Source: Nitrospira sp.
GTDB taxonomy: Bacteria; Nitrospirota; Nitrospiria; Nitrospirales; Nitrospiraceae
Direction of reading: 5' to 3'
NCBI GenBank assembly: GCA_047150005.1
Contig: AP038806.1
Span: 1,216,001 to 1,280,000 of the forward strand
DNA: 64,000 bases
A program made the position numbers and the translations under genes. Numbering within the stretch: the stretch's first letter is position 1; each line of letters begins with the position of its first letter. The notes beneath the pieces were generated by a model. That model saw nothing but the letters and a program-made list of their open reading frames with translations. It did not search any database and was not told where the DNA came from. Positions 1 through 9,104 of this stretch are shown here, piece after piece.

Positions 1-1
1 T

Positions 2-139
2 CGATCGAACCTTCCCGCCGAGGCCGATCAGCTGGTCCCCCTTCTACGGCGTCACGGCTATGTCTTGCTGGCCAATCAACCCATGGTGACCATTCCGAAA
101 GGAACGGCGCCCCCGCCCTCTCGTCTTTCTCCCCATTAA
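2..139 (+). CDS. 3' end of a gene truncated by the window edge (possibly an ArnT/GT39-type glycosyltransferase)
   Basis: Open frame RSNLPAEADQLVPLLRRHGYVLLANQPMV...PH ending at TAA 137-139, converging on the PAP2 gene. The product is guessed from context only. Confidence 0.35.
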   Translation, partial: RSNLPAEADQLVPLLRRHGYVLLANQPMVTIPKGTAPPPSRLSPH

Positions 140-142
140 AGC

Positions 143-1237
143 CTACGGCAGGGGCAACAATCCTCTCATCTCCTGACTTGCCCATAGTCCGAGAAGCACA
201 AGCAGACAAAAGACAGCATCCTGAGCTAAGGATCGATCACCGGCCGTTCCGCCGTTCGCGGCCAATGGGTTGATCCTGGGGCGGAGCCAAGCCGCCAGGC
301 CGGCACAGAGCGCAGCGGTCGACATCCACGCAGATCCTGTCGCCATGACCAAACCCAATCCCATCAACCCTCTGAGCGGACCTCTCGGAAGAGGATGTCT
401 TACCATCGGCCTGACGGCCAGCCATACGTATCCGGCAAACGCGACTGTCGTCAGCAGGAACCCGCCGACCATCAGCAGGGACCCAGGCCATTGAACCGGG
501 AAAGCGCGACCCATCACCCATATGGCGGCCGACACGCCGACACAGAACGGAGCGAGGGACACCAGTGCCGATCGGAGAGACGATCGCCAGGCTCTCCAAG
601 GATGGGCGGCAACGACACCGACCAACCAGCCAAGCGCCGCACCGCCCACCGTGTCGGTCAGAAAATGCGAACCGCGGAGAATTCGGCTCGCGGCAATCGC
701 TAGAGCCGTTCCGATGAAGATCCATCGTGCCTTGCGGAATCTGATGGCAAGGACGGCGGCGATAGCCACGGCCGATGTAGCGTGTCCGGATGGAAACGAA
801 TCCCATCCACTGCCGCTGAAGGGAGAGAGATCGACCGCACCGGTATGGATGAACTTCGGCCGGGGTCTGCCAATCGCATGTTTGATGAGGTTACTCAGCG
901 CCGCGACAATGCCATGAGCCACCAGGGTCTGCCACCCTGCAAGCTTCACGTCGGCGCGTTTGAGCCAGACCCCGGCAAGCAAGATAAGCAGGCTGAGCGC
1001 GACCAGGGACTCGCCCCTGCCGACCCGATCACCAATGTCGCTGAAATATGCCAGCCAAGGGTTCGGAAGATACCCAACGGGGTGATACAACGACCGCACA
1101 AACTTCGTCAGCGGAACGTCGAGTTCGAGCAAACCTAGAATGGACACCACGACGGCCGCACATGAGCAGGCCGCGGATGCGAGAAAGAATCCGGTCGAAT
1201 CGGCAGCCGATGGTCTTGCCAACGTGTCCGCCGTCAC
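143..1237 (-). CDS. PAP2-family membrane phosphatase (lipid A / undecaprenyl-PP phosphatase-like)
   Basis: PAP2 motifs KHAIGRPRP, SFPSGH and SRILRGSHFLTD; many transmembrane segments. Confidence 0.85.
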   Translation of the reverse strand: MTADTLARPSAADSTGFFLASAACSCAAVVVSILGLLELDVPLTKFVRSLYHPVGYLPNPWLAYFSDIGDRVGRGESLVALSLLILLAGVWLKRADVKLAGWQTLVAHGIVAALSNLIKHAIGRPRPKFIHTGAVDLSPFSGSGWDSFPSGHATSAVAIAAVLAIRFRKARWIFIGTALAIAASRILRGSHFLTDTVGGAALGWLVGVVAAHPWRAWRSSLRSALVSLAPFCVGVSAAIWVMGRAFPVQWPGSLLMVGGFLLTTVAFAGYVWLAVRPMVRHPLPRGPLRGLMGLGLVMATGSAWMSTAALCAGLAAWLRPRINPLAANGGTAGDRSLAQDAVFCLLVLLGLWASQEMRGLLPLP

Positions 1238-1259
1238 GCAACGCCTCGTCGCTGACTCG

Positions 1260-2384
1260 TCAAGGCACCCATTCGGCCAGGTACACGTTGAACTCCCCGG
1301 GTTGCTTGGCGTGACGGTCGGATACCCATACCAAACGTTTTCCGTCTGGAGAGAACATTGGGAAACTGTTGAACTGCCCTTCGAACGTCAACCGCTCCAA
1401 TCCCGTTCCGTCGTCGCCAATCAGGTATAGATGAAAACTCGGTCTGCCTCCCTCTCCTCTTGTCTCCACATTGGAGGAAAAGATGATGCGTTTGCCATCC
1501 GGATGAAAGAACGGCGAGAAGTTCGAGGCACCGTTGGATGTGACCTGTCGTTTTCCACTGCCGTCGGCGTTCATCACCTCGATTTCGAGCTGTCCCGGCT
1601 CGACTAACCGCTGATCGAGCAATTCCTTATACCGGGCCACCTCTGCCGGCTCCGTCGGATGCGACGCCCGGTAGACGATCCGCTTGCTATCTGGAGAAAA
1701 GAAGGCGCCGCCATCGTACCCCACGTGATCGGTCAATCGACGAGGTTTGGTGCCATCAAGATTCATTGCGTAGAGATCAAGATCCCCGTCCCTCATGGAG
1801 GTCCAGACGATCGTCTTGCCGTCCGGTGACACGGTCGCCTCCGCGTCGTAGCCGGGCGAGGTCGTCAGCCGCTGCATCTCCTGGCCATCAATACGAACCG
1901 CGTAGAGATCGTAGTCATCCAAGGCCCATCGATACGCTCCGTCGCGCTTCGGTTTGGGAGGGCAATTCGGCCCGGCGGCATGCGTGGAAGCAAACAGGAC
2001 CCTTCGATCACCCGGGAAAAAGTAGCCGCAGGTGGTCGCTCCGGTACCGGGACTGACCAGCCGGATCGTCTGACTCTCGAGATCCATGACGTACATTTGG
2101 TAGCAGCCAAGCCCAGCCTCAGCTGGGCGCAGTGTCGCGGCAAAAGATTCCTGCGTCCAATTGTTGGTAGATTGAAAGATCAGCTTCGTACCGTTGAACG
2201 AGAAGTATGCTTCTGCGTTTTGCCGGCCGAACGTCAGCTGCCTGATATTCTTCAAATGCCGTTCCGTTCCCATTGGCGTACGTTTCACTGCAGGCGGTTT
2301 CTGCTCCTGCGCGGCACTCGTCAGAGCCCAGGAGAAGAGAACAAGCATCGCCGCCAAACCGCTACCGAACGACACGCTCCTCAT
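1260..2384 (-). CDS. Secreted TolB-like PD40-repeat beta-propeller protein
   Basis: Repeated FSPDG/FHPDG motifs; signal peptide from MRSVSF with GGAGG upstream. The ORF-track start at 2612 is likely too long. Confidence 0.85.
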   Translation of the reverse strand: MRSVSFGSGLAAMLVLFSWALTSAAQEQKPPAVKRTPMGTERHLKNIRQLTFGRQNAEAYFSFNGTKLIFQSTNNWTQESFAATLRPAEAGLGCYQMYVMDLESQTIRLVSPGTGATTCGYFFPGDRRVLFASTHAAGPNCPPKPKRDGAYRWALDDYDLYAVRIDGQEMQRLTTSPGYDAEATVSPDGKTIVWTSMRDGDLDLYAMNLDGTKPRRLTDHVGYDGGAFFSPDSKRIVYRASHPTEPAEVARYKELLDQRLVEPGQLEIEVMNADGSGKRQVTSNGASNFSPFFHPDGKRIIFSSNVETRGEGGRPSFHLYLIGDDGTGLERLTFEGQFNSFPMFSPDGKRLVWVSDRHAKQPGEFNVYLAEWVP

Positions 2385-4620
2385 CGACGAAGACCTCCAT
2401 TTGATCGCTCGGGTCACGTTTGCCCGGCCATTCTCCACGCGTGACGACAGACCCGTTCTTGAACACGACGAAGCTATTCCAACCGTAAAAAAACAACAGC
2501 CGAGAGACGGTAGCGGCCGCCTCCGGGGTTGCCGAGTACAAAAGGGAAAGGACGCTGCCCGGTCGGTCAGCGCGATGGCACGCGACGATGACGGCCGTTC
2601 CGGGTCCGGCATAGATCTCGTCCCCTATCGCGACGCCGGACTCCGTCATACGAACTTGTTGTCCGCAATGTGTCGCCAACAATGGTCGGATGGCCTCTCG
2701 TCCCCCATCATCGACCAACAGTAACACCGACCCCTCGGAGGGAAACATTGCAGCCGTTGAGTTGGGAATGACCGCAGCACGATCCGCCTTTCCCTTGTGG
2801 TTCTCCTGGGCCGCTATGCGCGCGACCAACTCGTGATACGGGTGAGATGACGGAACGGATCCGGCAAGCATGACCGTTCGACGGGCGTCGGTGACATACA
2901 GGTTCAACATAGGCGGCAAGGATTGCCGTGGGATTCTTTGAATCAACATAGTCTCCGGATCCAGACGCACATCCACGGGACGACTCGGCAGTCTCACAGT
3001 CGCCGACTGCGCCGCGTCTTGCATCTGAACCTCGAGCGTGTGTTCGGATGCGTCATCCAGCCCGATCCGAAGCTGGACTGGGAACCGGAACAATGGTTCA
3101 CCTTGGGTCAGACGCACATCAAGGTCAAATGCGGTAACATTGTCGACAGGATATGCGCGGGCACGACTGAGGGATGGCGTCGGCACACCGCTTCGTTCGA
3201 CCCACTGCTTGAAAAACCAGCCAAGATCACGTCCACTGGTTTCGGTGAATGCCACTTCGAGATCGCGCCACTCCGCGTGTCGCCCGAGATAGGTGGCAAT
3301 CAGTCGTTGGATCCCCCGCCAGAACGCATGGTCTCCGATCTCCTGTCGCAAGAGATGAAACGTCATGGCGACCTTTTGATATCCGATCGCATTGTCGCGC
3401 TCGTCGTGCTTCTGCATGAACCGACTTACAGGATAGTCACGATCAGGCGGCACGTACAGATTGTACGATCGAACGAACAGGCGCCGCTGATCACGCGCCT
3501 GAGACAACTCACCTGTCAGTTCGCACCAATAGTAATTTGCCAGGTAGGTGGTCAGCCCCTCCACCCAGTTCCCCTTGTTCGTTTGGTTGAACACCCCATT
3601 GCCGATCCACGAATGGACGATCTCGTGGCCAAGGGCGTACGGTTGGACGTAGTGCCGCTTGATGATGGCACTGCCGAGCAAAGTAAACGAGGGCATGCCC
3701 AAACCACTCGCGAAGAAATTTTCGACGACGGCAAACGTCTCAAAGGGATAAGGACCCAGAACTCCGATATATGCCTCGAGATACCGACCGGTCGCGTCCA
3801 AGTATTCGTCTGCCAGATGCGCATCCTCGGGAAACAGGTAGGTCGCCAATTTCACGGATTGGCCGCCCTTTGCAACCCAAGGGCGCTGTTTGACGACGAA
3901 ACGATTGGCCACGAGCGTCAGGGCTTCGCTGGGTCTTGTCGGATCCCACTCGATCAGCGCCATGTTCGACTGACGGCATCGATCCGGCGAACAAGCGGTT
4001 GTCTGATTCATAGCCGCTTGCGTTACAGCCATCCAGCTTTCCGGCAATGCAACACGAAGCGCGTACGTGCTCAGGGAGTCTGGACTATCCGGATACCATC
4101 GGCTCTCACTGCTGAGATAGACACCTTCCGGCCCGATGTGGCCGGCCGTCTCACTCGGCGTGACAAAACGAAGATGTCGTGGATCTCTCGGCGGATCGTT
4201 GATCACACCCTGATACGTGATTATGAGCGCCATGGTCTTACTCTCGGCGTAGGCGCTTGGCAACGGGATCACAACTTGCTGCGATTGTGGTGCGGCCGGA
4301 TCATGTTCGATCGAAAACGTGAGCGCCTGGTCAGGCTCAGACCCCGTCGATTCTTCTGAACCACCGACGACGCGCTGCACGACAAGCGTCGTGGCCAACG
4401 ACAGACGGATATCGGTTTGCTTCTCGGAAAGCGCCAGCGTGATGCGGTCGAGACCAATCAGTTCGTGAGTGTCTGGATAGAGTTGCACGAACAGATCATG
4501 GCGTTGAATATTCGCCTCACTAAATTGGCGGGAGGGTTCTTCGCACAGACTGGATTCCGATTGAAGAATCGTTAGGCTGAGGAGAACGAGAACGAAACGG
4601 AGCGCCTTGCCGGTCAACAT
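2362..4620 (-). CDS. Secreted M1-family zinc aminopeptidase
   Basis: HEIVH zinc motif followed by the downstream E in WVEGLTTY; YQKVAM catalytic Tyr; signal peptide. Confidence 0.85.
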   Translation of the reverse strand: MLTGKALRFVLVLLSLTILQSESSLCEEPSRQFSEANIQRHDLFVQLYPDTHELIGLDRITLALSEKQTDIRLSLATTLVVQRVVGGSEESTGSEPDQALTFSIEHDPAAPQSQQVVIPLPSAYAESKTMALIITYQGVINDPPRDPRHLRFVTPSETAGHIGPEGVYLSSESRWYPDSPDSLSTYALRVALPESWMAVTQAAMNQTTACSPDRCRQSNMALIEWDPTRPSEALTLVANRFVVKQRPWVAKGGQSVKLATYLFPEDAHLADEYLDATGRYLEAYIGVLGPYPFETFAVVENFFASGLGMPSFTLLGSAIIKRHYVQPYALGHEIVHSWIGNGVFNQTNKGNWVEGLTTYLANYYWCELTGELSQARDQRRLFVRSYNLYVPPDRDYPVSRFMQKHDERDNAIGYQKVAMTFHLLRQEIGDHAFWRGIQRLIATYLGRHAEWRDLEVAFTETSGRDLGWFFKQWVERSGVPTPSLSRARAYPVDNVTAFDLDVRLTQGEPLFRFPVQLRIGLDDASEHTLEVQMQDAAQSATVRLPSRPVDVRLDPETMLIQRIPRQSLPPMLNLYVTDARRTVMLAGSVPSSHPYHELVARIAAQENHKGKADRAAVIPNSTAAMFPSEGSVLLLVDDGGREAIRPLLATHCGQQVRMTESGVAIGDEIYAGPGTAVIVACHRADRPGSVLSLLYSATPEAAATVSRLLFFYGWNSFVVFKNGSVVTRGEWPGKRDPSDQMEVFVDEERVVR

Positions 4621-4630
4621 TCAGGAGGTT

Positions 4631-5416
4631 TTAACATTCGCGGCAAACAAGCACAAGCTGGATGACTGAAAGCATTCGCTCAAGATCGACCGGTTTGGTG
4701 AGGACTTCCTGCGGATGGAGAGCCCACGCTTCCTCAAGAACTTCTTCGTCATGACTTCCGGTGATAATAATGACGGCGCCGCCGAATTCCTTCTGGCGAA
4801 GCCGACGCATCATCTCCACCCCGCTCATGCCGGGAAGGAAAAGATCGAGCAGGATCAGGTCTGGAGGAGCTTGGTCGATCATCGCCAGGGCAGCTGTGGC
4901 ATCTTTGACCCCAAGAGCTCTATATCCTCGAAGGCTCAAGAACTGTACCAACAATTCGCGCACCAACTGCTCATCGTCGACCACCAACACTGTTTCGTCG
5001 GTGTCGGTCGCCACACCTGTCGATGAGACAAGCGAATTTTCCGCGGCCGACTTCGTGGGGTGCTGCACGACTCGGTTGACGCCTTCGACAAGAACATCCA
5101 GCGAGAGACCTTTGCGCAAGAAATCCGTGACTCGCAGCGAACGAGCTTGATTTTCTTGCATTTCCGTCGCGCCTCCACCGAGAATAATGACCGGTGCGTG
5201 TGGATCCATGGCTCGAATTTCTTTCAAGATCATGAGTCCATCCATGCCTGGCATCCGAAGATCCAGAATGGTGACTCGTGGTCCATGCTCACGAAAGAGA
5301 GTGAGGCCTTCTATGCCATTGGTCGCGGTGTGAACTTCATATCCATGGCGGGTAAAGACGGCTTGCAGGAGATCGCAGTTCATACGATCATCGTCGATGA
5401 TCAGAAGTTTGACCAT
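4631..5416 (-). CDS. Response regulator with two tandem receiver domains and no output domain
   Basis: LIIDDD...LDLRMP and LVVDDE...LDLFLP...TKP. Confidence 0.9.
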   Translation of the reverse strand: MVKLLIIDDDRMNCDLLQAVFTRHGYEVHTATNGIEGLTLFREHGPRVTILDLRMPGMDGLMILKEIRAMDPHAPVIILGGGATEMQENQARSLRVTDFLRKGLSLDVLVEGVNRVVQHPTKSAAENSLVSSTGVATDTDETVLVVDDEQLVRELLVQFLSLRGYRALGVKDATAALAMIDQAPPDLILLDLFLPGMSGVEMMRRLRQKEFGGAVIIITGSHDEEVLEEAWALHPQEVLTKPVDLERMLSVIQLVLVCREC

Positions 5417-5514
5417 AAGCCCGTCCGTCGCTAGGTGTGGGGCATCTGCTGCTTACACGCGAGCGTACCATGAGCCCGCTGCGTCAAAAAGCAAATGATG
5501 GGATCTCTGCAGCG

Positions 5515-6441
5515 TTATACAGGGGTACCGATAAGGGCATCCACAAACGGTTCCGGCCGGAAATCCTGGAGATCTTCCGCTGATTCACCGACTCCTATCA
5601 GCCGCACCGGCAACTTCAGTTCATCAGCGATCGCGACCACGATTCCACCACGAGCCGTGCCGTCCAATTTGGTGAGGACGAGGCCGGTGACCCCGACTGC
5701 CTGATTGAACTGACGCGCCTGGACCAGCGCATTTTGCCCAACCGTCGCATCAATCACCAACAGCACCTCCTGAGGCGCGTCGGGCATTCCCTGTTTCAGC
5801 ACCCGGCTGATCTTCTTCAACTCATCCATCAGATTCGATTTCGTATGCAGACGCCCGGCTGTATCGATCAGGACTACGTCTGCATTGCGTGCCTTGGCCG
5901 CCATTAATCCGTCGAAAGCCACTGCGGCCGGGTCCGCTCCATGCCGATGACAGACGAACTCGGCGCCGATGCGGTCAGACCATACCTTCAGTTGATCGAT
6001 TGCCGCAGCGCGAAAGGTATCGGCCGCGACCAGGAGCGGCTTGAGCCCTCCATTTACCAGTCGCTGCGCGATCTTTGCCAGCGTCGTCGTCTTGCCCACT
6101 CCATTCACGCCCACAGCCAAAATGACAAATGGCTTGGTGCCCTGGGCGATCAGATCTTCAAGCCTGGGACCTGCGGCAGGGGTGAGCGCCTGCAGCAATG
6201 TCTGCTTTAAGACGGTCTGGACCGTGAGGATTTGCGAAGCATTGGTCCCGAGAAGCCCCTGTTTCAACTGGTCCATGGTGCGTTTCACTACTGGCGCACC
6301 AAGATCAGAGAGGACCAGAGCCGTCTCTAACTCTTCAAGCACTGCAGGATCTGCTGTGCGTCCTAAGAACTTATCAAGAGACCCTCGAACAGCCGATCGT
6401 GTGCGAGTTAAGCCTTCATTGAGCCGTTGGATCCATCCCAT
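5515..6441 (-). CDS. ftsY: Signal recognition particle receptor FtsY
   Basis: GVNGVGKTTT, DTFRAAA, DTAGR, TKLDGTARGG; start taken at MGWIQRL. Confidence 0.95.
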   Translation of the reverse strand: MGWIQRLNEGLTRTRSAVRGSLDKFLGRTADPAVLEELETALVLSDLGAPVVKRTMDQLKQGLLGTNASQILTVQTVLKQTLLQALTPAAGPRLEDLIAQGTKPFVILAVGVNGVGKTTTLAKIAQRLVNGGLKPLLVAADTFRAAAIDQLKVWSDRIGAEFVCHRHGADPAAVAFDGLMAAKARNADVVLIDTAGRLHTKSNLMDELKKISRVLKQGMPDAPQEVLLVIDATVGQNALVQARQFNQAVGVTGLVLTKLDGTARGGIVVAIADELKLPVRLIGVGESAEDLQDFRPEPFVDALIGTPV

Positions 6442-6445
6442 AAAA

Positions 6446-6931
6446 TCACCGTGAACGTTTGCTCGCGACTCTGGCAAGATGAGCGTATATTCCCAGTTGC
6501 TCCAGAAGACTACGCTCTCGCCTGCGCATGCGTCTCGCCTCTCTATCGCTTCGTTCATGATCGTATCCACACAGATGGAGAATTCCATGAATAAGCAAGG
6601 CGGCTATCTCATCCCTGAGAGATCGTCTTGCTGCACGCGCTTGCCGAATCGCGGTGGGCATAGCAATAACCACATCACCAAGCGGCCCGGCACCCATATG
6701 CGCGCGGATGGGGAAACGAGCGTCTCTGGAGGCAAATGCCAAAACATCGGTGGTGTTATCCTTTTGACGGTATTGTCGGTTCAATCGGCGCATCCCTTTA
6801 TCACCGACGAATATCACACTCACATCCGAATCCTCCTCACCCATTGCCGACAAAACCATAGATGCGAATTTCCCGACCAGGACCGGACTCACCTTCACGA
6901 TCCGAGTCCTGCTTTCCACAAACACGGACAT
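6446..6931 (-). CDS. ybeY: rRNA maturation endoribonuclease YbeY
   Basis: LNRQYR..D..TDVLAF and HGILHLCGYDH motifs; follows phoH. Confidence 0.95.
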   Translation of the reverse strand: MSVFVESRTRIVKVSPVLVGKFASMVLSAMGEEDSDVSVIFVGDKGMRRLNRQYRQKDNTTDVLAFASRDARFPIRAHMGAGPLGDVVIAMPTAIRQARAARRSLRDEIAALLIHGILHLCGYDHERSDREARRMRRRERSLLEQLGIYAHLARVASKRSR

Positions 6932-8001
6932 TAATGCGGTTGTCCCAAAGACGACTTGGGCGACTGCTGGGCCGGGGAAGGTGTTGATGTTCGAGCGTTA
7001 GGAGAAGCCGGAGGTCGGCGACCAGGAGCTGATGCCGTTGGATCCTGAGTTCCTTCCTGATGCTGATGCTGATCGTACGCCTTGATGATGTCCTGCACAA
7101 GCTTATGCCTGACGACGTCTCGCTCATCAAAATAGATGAATCGAATGCCTTCAACGTCACGGAGGATATCACGGACTTCGATGAGTCCAGATACCCGCTC
7201 AGGCGGCAAGTCAATCTGGGTGATATCCCCTGTCACGACCGCTTTGGAACTGAATCCAAGCCGAGTCAGGAACATCTTCATCTGTTCAGCCGTCGCATTC
7301 TGAGCTTCATCGAGAATGACAAACGAATCATTCAGTGTGCGGCCTCGCATGAACGCCAAGGGGGCGATTTCAATGTCGCCTCGCTCGATCGCTCTAGTCG
7401 CACGTTCCATATCCATCATATCGAACAAAGCGTCATAGAGAGGACGCAGGTATGGGTTAACTTTTGCATACATATCCCCCGGAAGAAACCCGAGTTTCTC
7501 GCCGGCCTCTACCGCAGGGCGCGCCAAAATAATTCGGCTGACTTGGCGCTTCATCAATGCGCTTACAGCCATGGCCATGGCTAGGTACGTTTTGCCTGTT
7601 CCGGCGGGTCCGATTCCTATCACGATGTCGTGAGTTTCAATCGCTTCAATGTACGATTTCTGAGTCGGTGTCTTCGGAGCGACGAAGCGTTTCTTCGTGA
7701 CAATGGTCGTGGCTGTAGACAATAGCTCTTTGAGTGGAGCATCAGGGGTTTGCTTCAGCGCAGAGAGGGCATGCGCGATGTCCTCGGGTTCAAGAACCAT
7801 TCCCTCATTGGCGAGAGCAGCAAGCTCGGTCAGAACTCGCTCAGCGTGGCGGGTCGCATCCGGGGTTCCATCAACCGTGAGCTCCTCGCCACGCGCCGAA
7901 AGGCGCACGCCAAGGTCATCTTCGATCATTTTGAGGTGTCGGTCGTGGTGACCGAACAGGACGGCGGTGTTGGTACCTTCTCGCAGCTTAAGCTTTTTCA
8001 C
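6931..8001 (-). CDS. phoH: PhoH-family ATPase (YbeZ-like)
   Basis: GPAGTGKT, RPAVEAGEKLGFLPGD, FMRGRTL, DEAQN, GDITQIDLP; probable GTG start. Confidence 0.93.
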   Translation of the reverse strand: MKKLKLREGTNTAVLFGHHDRHLKMIEDDLGVRLSARGEELTVDGTPDATRHAERVLTELAALANEGMVLEPEDIAHALSALKQTPDAPLKELLSTATTIVTKKRFVAPKTPTQKSYIEAIETHDIVIGIGPAGTGKTYLAMAMAVSALMKRQVSRIILARPAVEAGEKLGFLPGDMYAKVNPYLRPLYDALFDMMDMERATRAIERGDIEIAPLAFMRGRTLNDSFVILDEAQNATAEQMKMFLTRLGFSSKAVVTGDITQIDLPPERVSGLIEVRDILRDVEGIRFIYFDERDVVRHKLVQDIIKAYDQHQHQEGTQDPTASAPGRRPPASPNARTSTPSPAQQSPKSSLGQPH

Positions 8002-8111
8002 ACAATGGCGACAGAGCACTGAATGCTAGTTAGCTTGATTGTATCAGACTGATGAGGGAGCTGACAACCAACTCACATCGCTGAAGACGACCGAGAGGCT
8101 GGAGAGGGATG

Positions 8112-9041
8112 TCAGGATTTCGCCTCAGTTCTTGGCGAAATGTCAAACTCCTGAGATGTCCATCCCCGATGATCATCTCTGGCTATGATCTTTACTCGGA
8201 AAACCCCCTGCGCAGAGGGAGGGATTGACCATTGAAGCTGACCGGTTCTTTCGTTAATCGTCATTCCTGGCGGACCGGATTCCAGCGAGAACGTGATGGG
8301 ATCGTTCTCCGGATCATTTGCTGAGACTTGATACTCAAGCCTGCCGTCAGCAACCACCGGCGGCTCGAAGGAAGCAAATTTTGGAGGCCTGTTAGATATG
8401 GTCACGGGCTCAGAGTGGGCTTCCTTACCTGTCCCGGCTTGATCGTGCGGAGTAACCACAACGCTCACTGTTTCACCACGAGAGAACCCGGCACTATCCA
8501 ATGTATTGTGCTCTCCCAGAAGCACAACCTGGTCGTTGCGCCGCCATGTGTAGCTGTACTGAACACTGTCTCCGTCAATGTCGCCCCCTTCCAATTCGGC
8601 CTTGATAATATCTCCGGCCTTCGGTTCCTTCGGCTCGAGCGTAACGGCTTGAATCATGGGAGGCGTATTCCCCACCAACACCTCTGAACTGCGAAAAGGG
8701 GCACCTGCGACCTTCCCGTCGTGCGGGGTGACCTCGACACTGACCCGATCACCCCGCTTCAGCCTCTCCGGATTGAGCGTCGTCGAAGATTCACCCGACA
8801 CTTCTGCTCCGTTCACGAACCAGCGAAATCGCAAAGTCACTTCGTCTTGGTTCGGATCCTTGGATTCGGCAACCGCCGTCACGACGCCGTGACGAGTAAT
8901 TGGATTCGGAACGATTGTGAGCGAATGAATGCTGGGCGGACCGTTTCCTACAGAAGTGCTTCCAGCATAGTGATCCTCGGACGTGCACCCAAGATTCATG
9001 AGCAGCCCAATTACCGTCAGACCTGCAAATAGGCGATACAC
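8112..9041 (-). CDS. Putative lipoprotein with three tandem Ig-like/cadherin-like repeats
   Basis: Lipobox-like NLGC; repeats starting GNGPPSI, GNTPPMI and SNRPPKF; DP/DxDGD and GMTINERTGQLQW putative-Ig signature. Confidence 0.75.
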   Translation of the reverse strand: MYRLFAGLTVIGLLMNLGCTSEDHYAGSTSVGNGPPSIHSLTIVPNPITRHGVVTAVAESKDPNQDEVTLRFRWFVNGAEVSGESSTTLNPERLKRGDRVSVEVTPHDGKVAGAPFRSSEVLVGNTPPMIQAVTLEPKEPKAGDIIKAELEGGDIDGDSVQYSYTWRRNDQVVLLGEHNTLDSAGFSRGETVSVVVTPHDQAGTGKEAHSEPVTISNRPPKFASFEPPVVADGRLEYQVSANDPENDPITFSLESGPPGMTINERTGQLQWSIPPSAQGVFRVKIIARDDHRGWTSQEFDISPRTEAKS

Positions 9042-9104
9042 GAAGCTCCTCAGTCGACTTATCGAAGGGACCTGCTCACTTCACATGCATCGCGCGTTAC
9101 CCAT

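Noticed and set aside
2923..4359. 478-aa plus-strand ORF, and similar long antisense ORFs at 33607-34629, 35060-36316 and 52277-53602
   Set aside because: They lie antisense to well-supported genes and have no motifs; typical shadow ORFs of GC-rich coding DNA.
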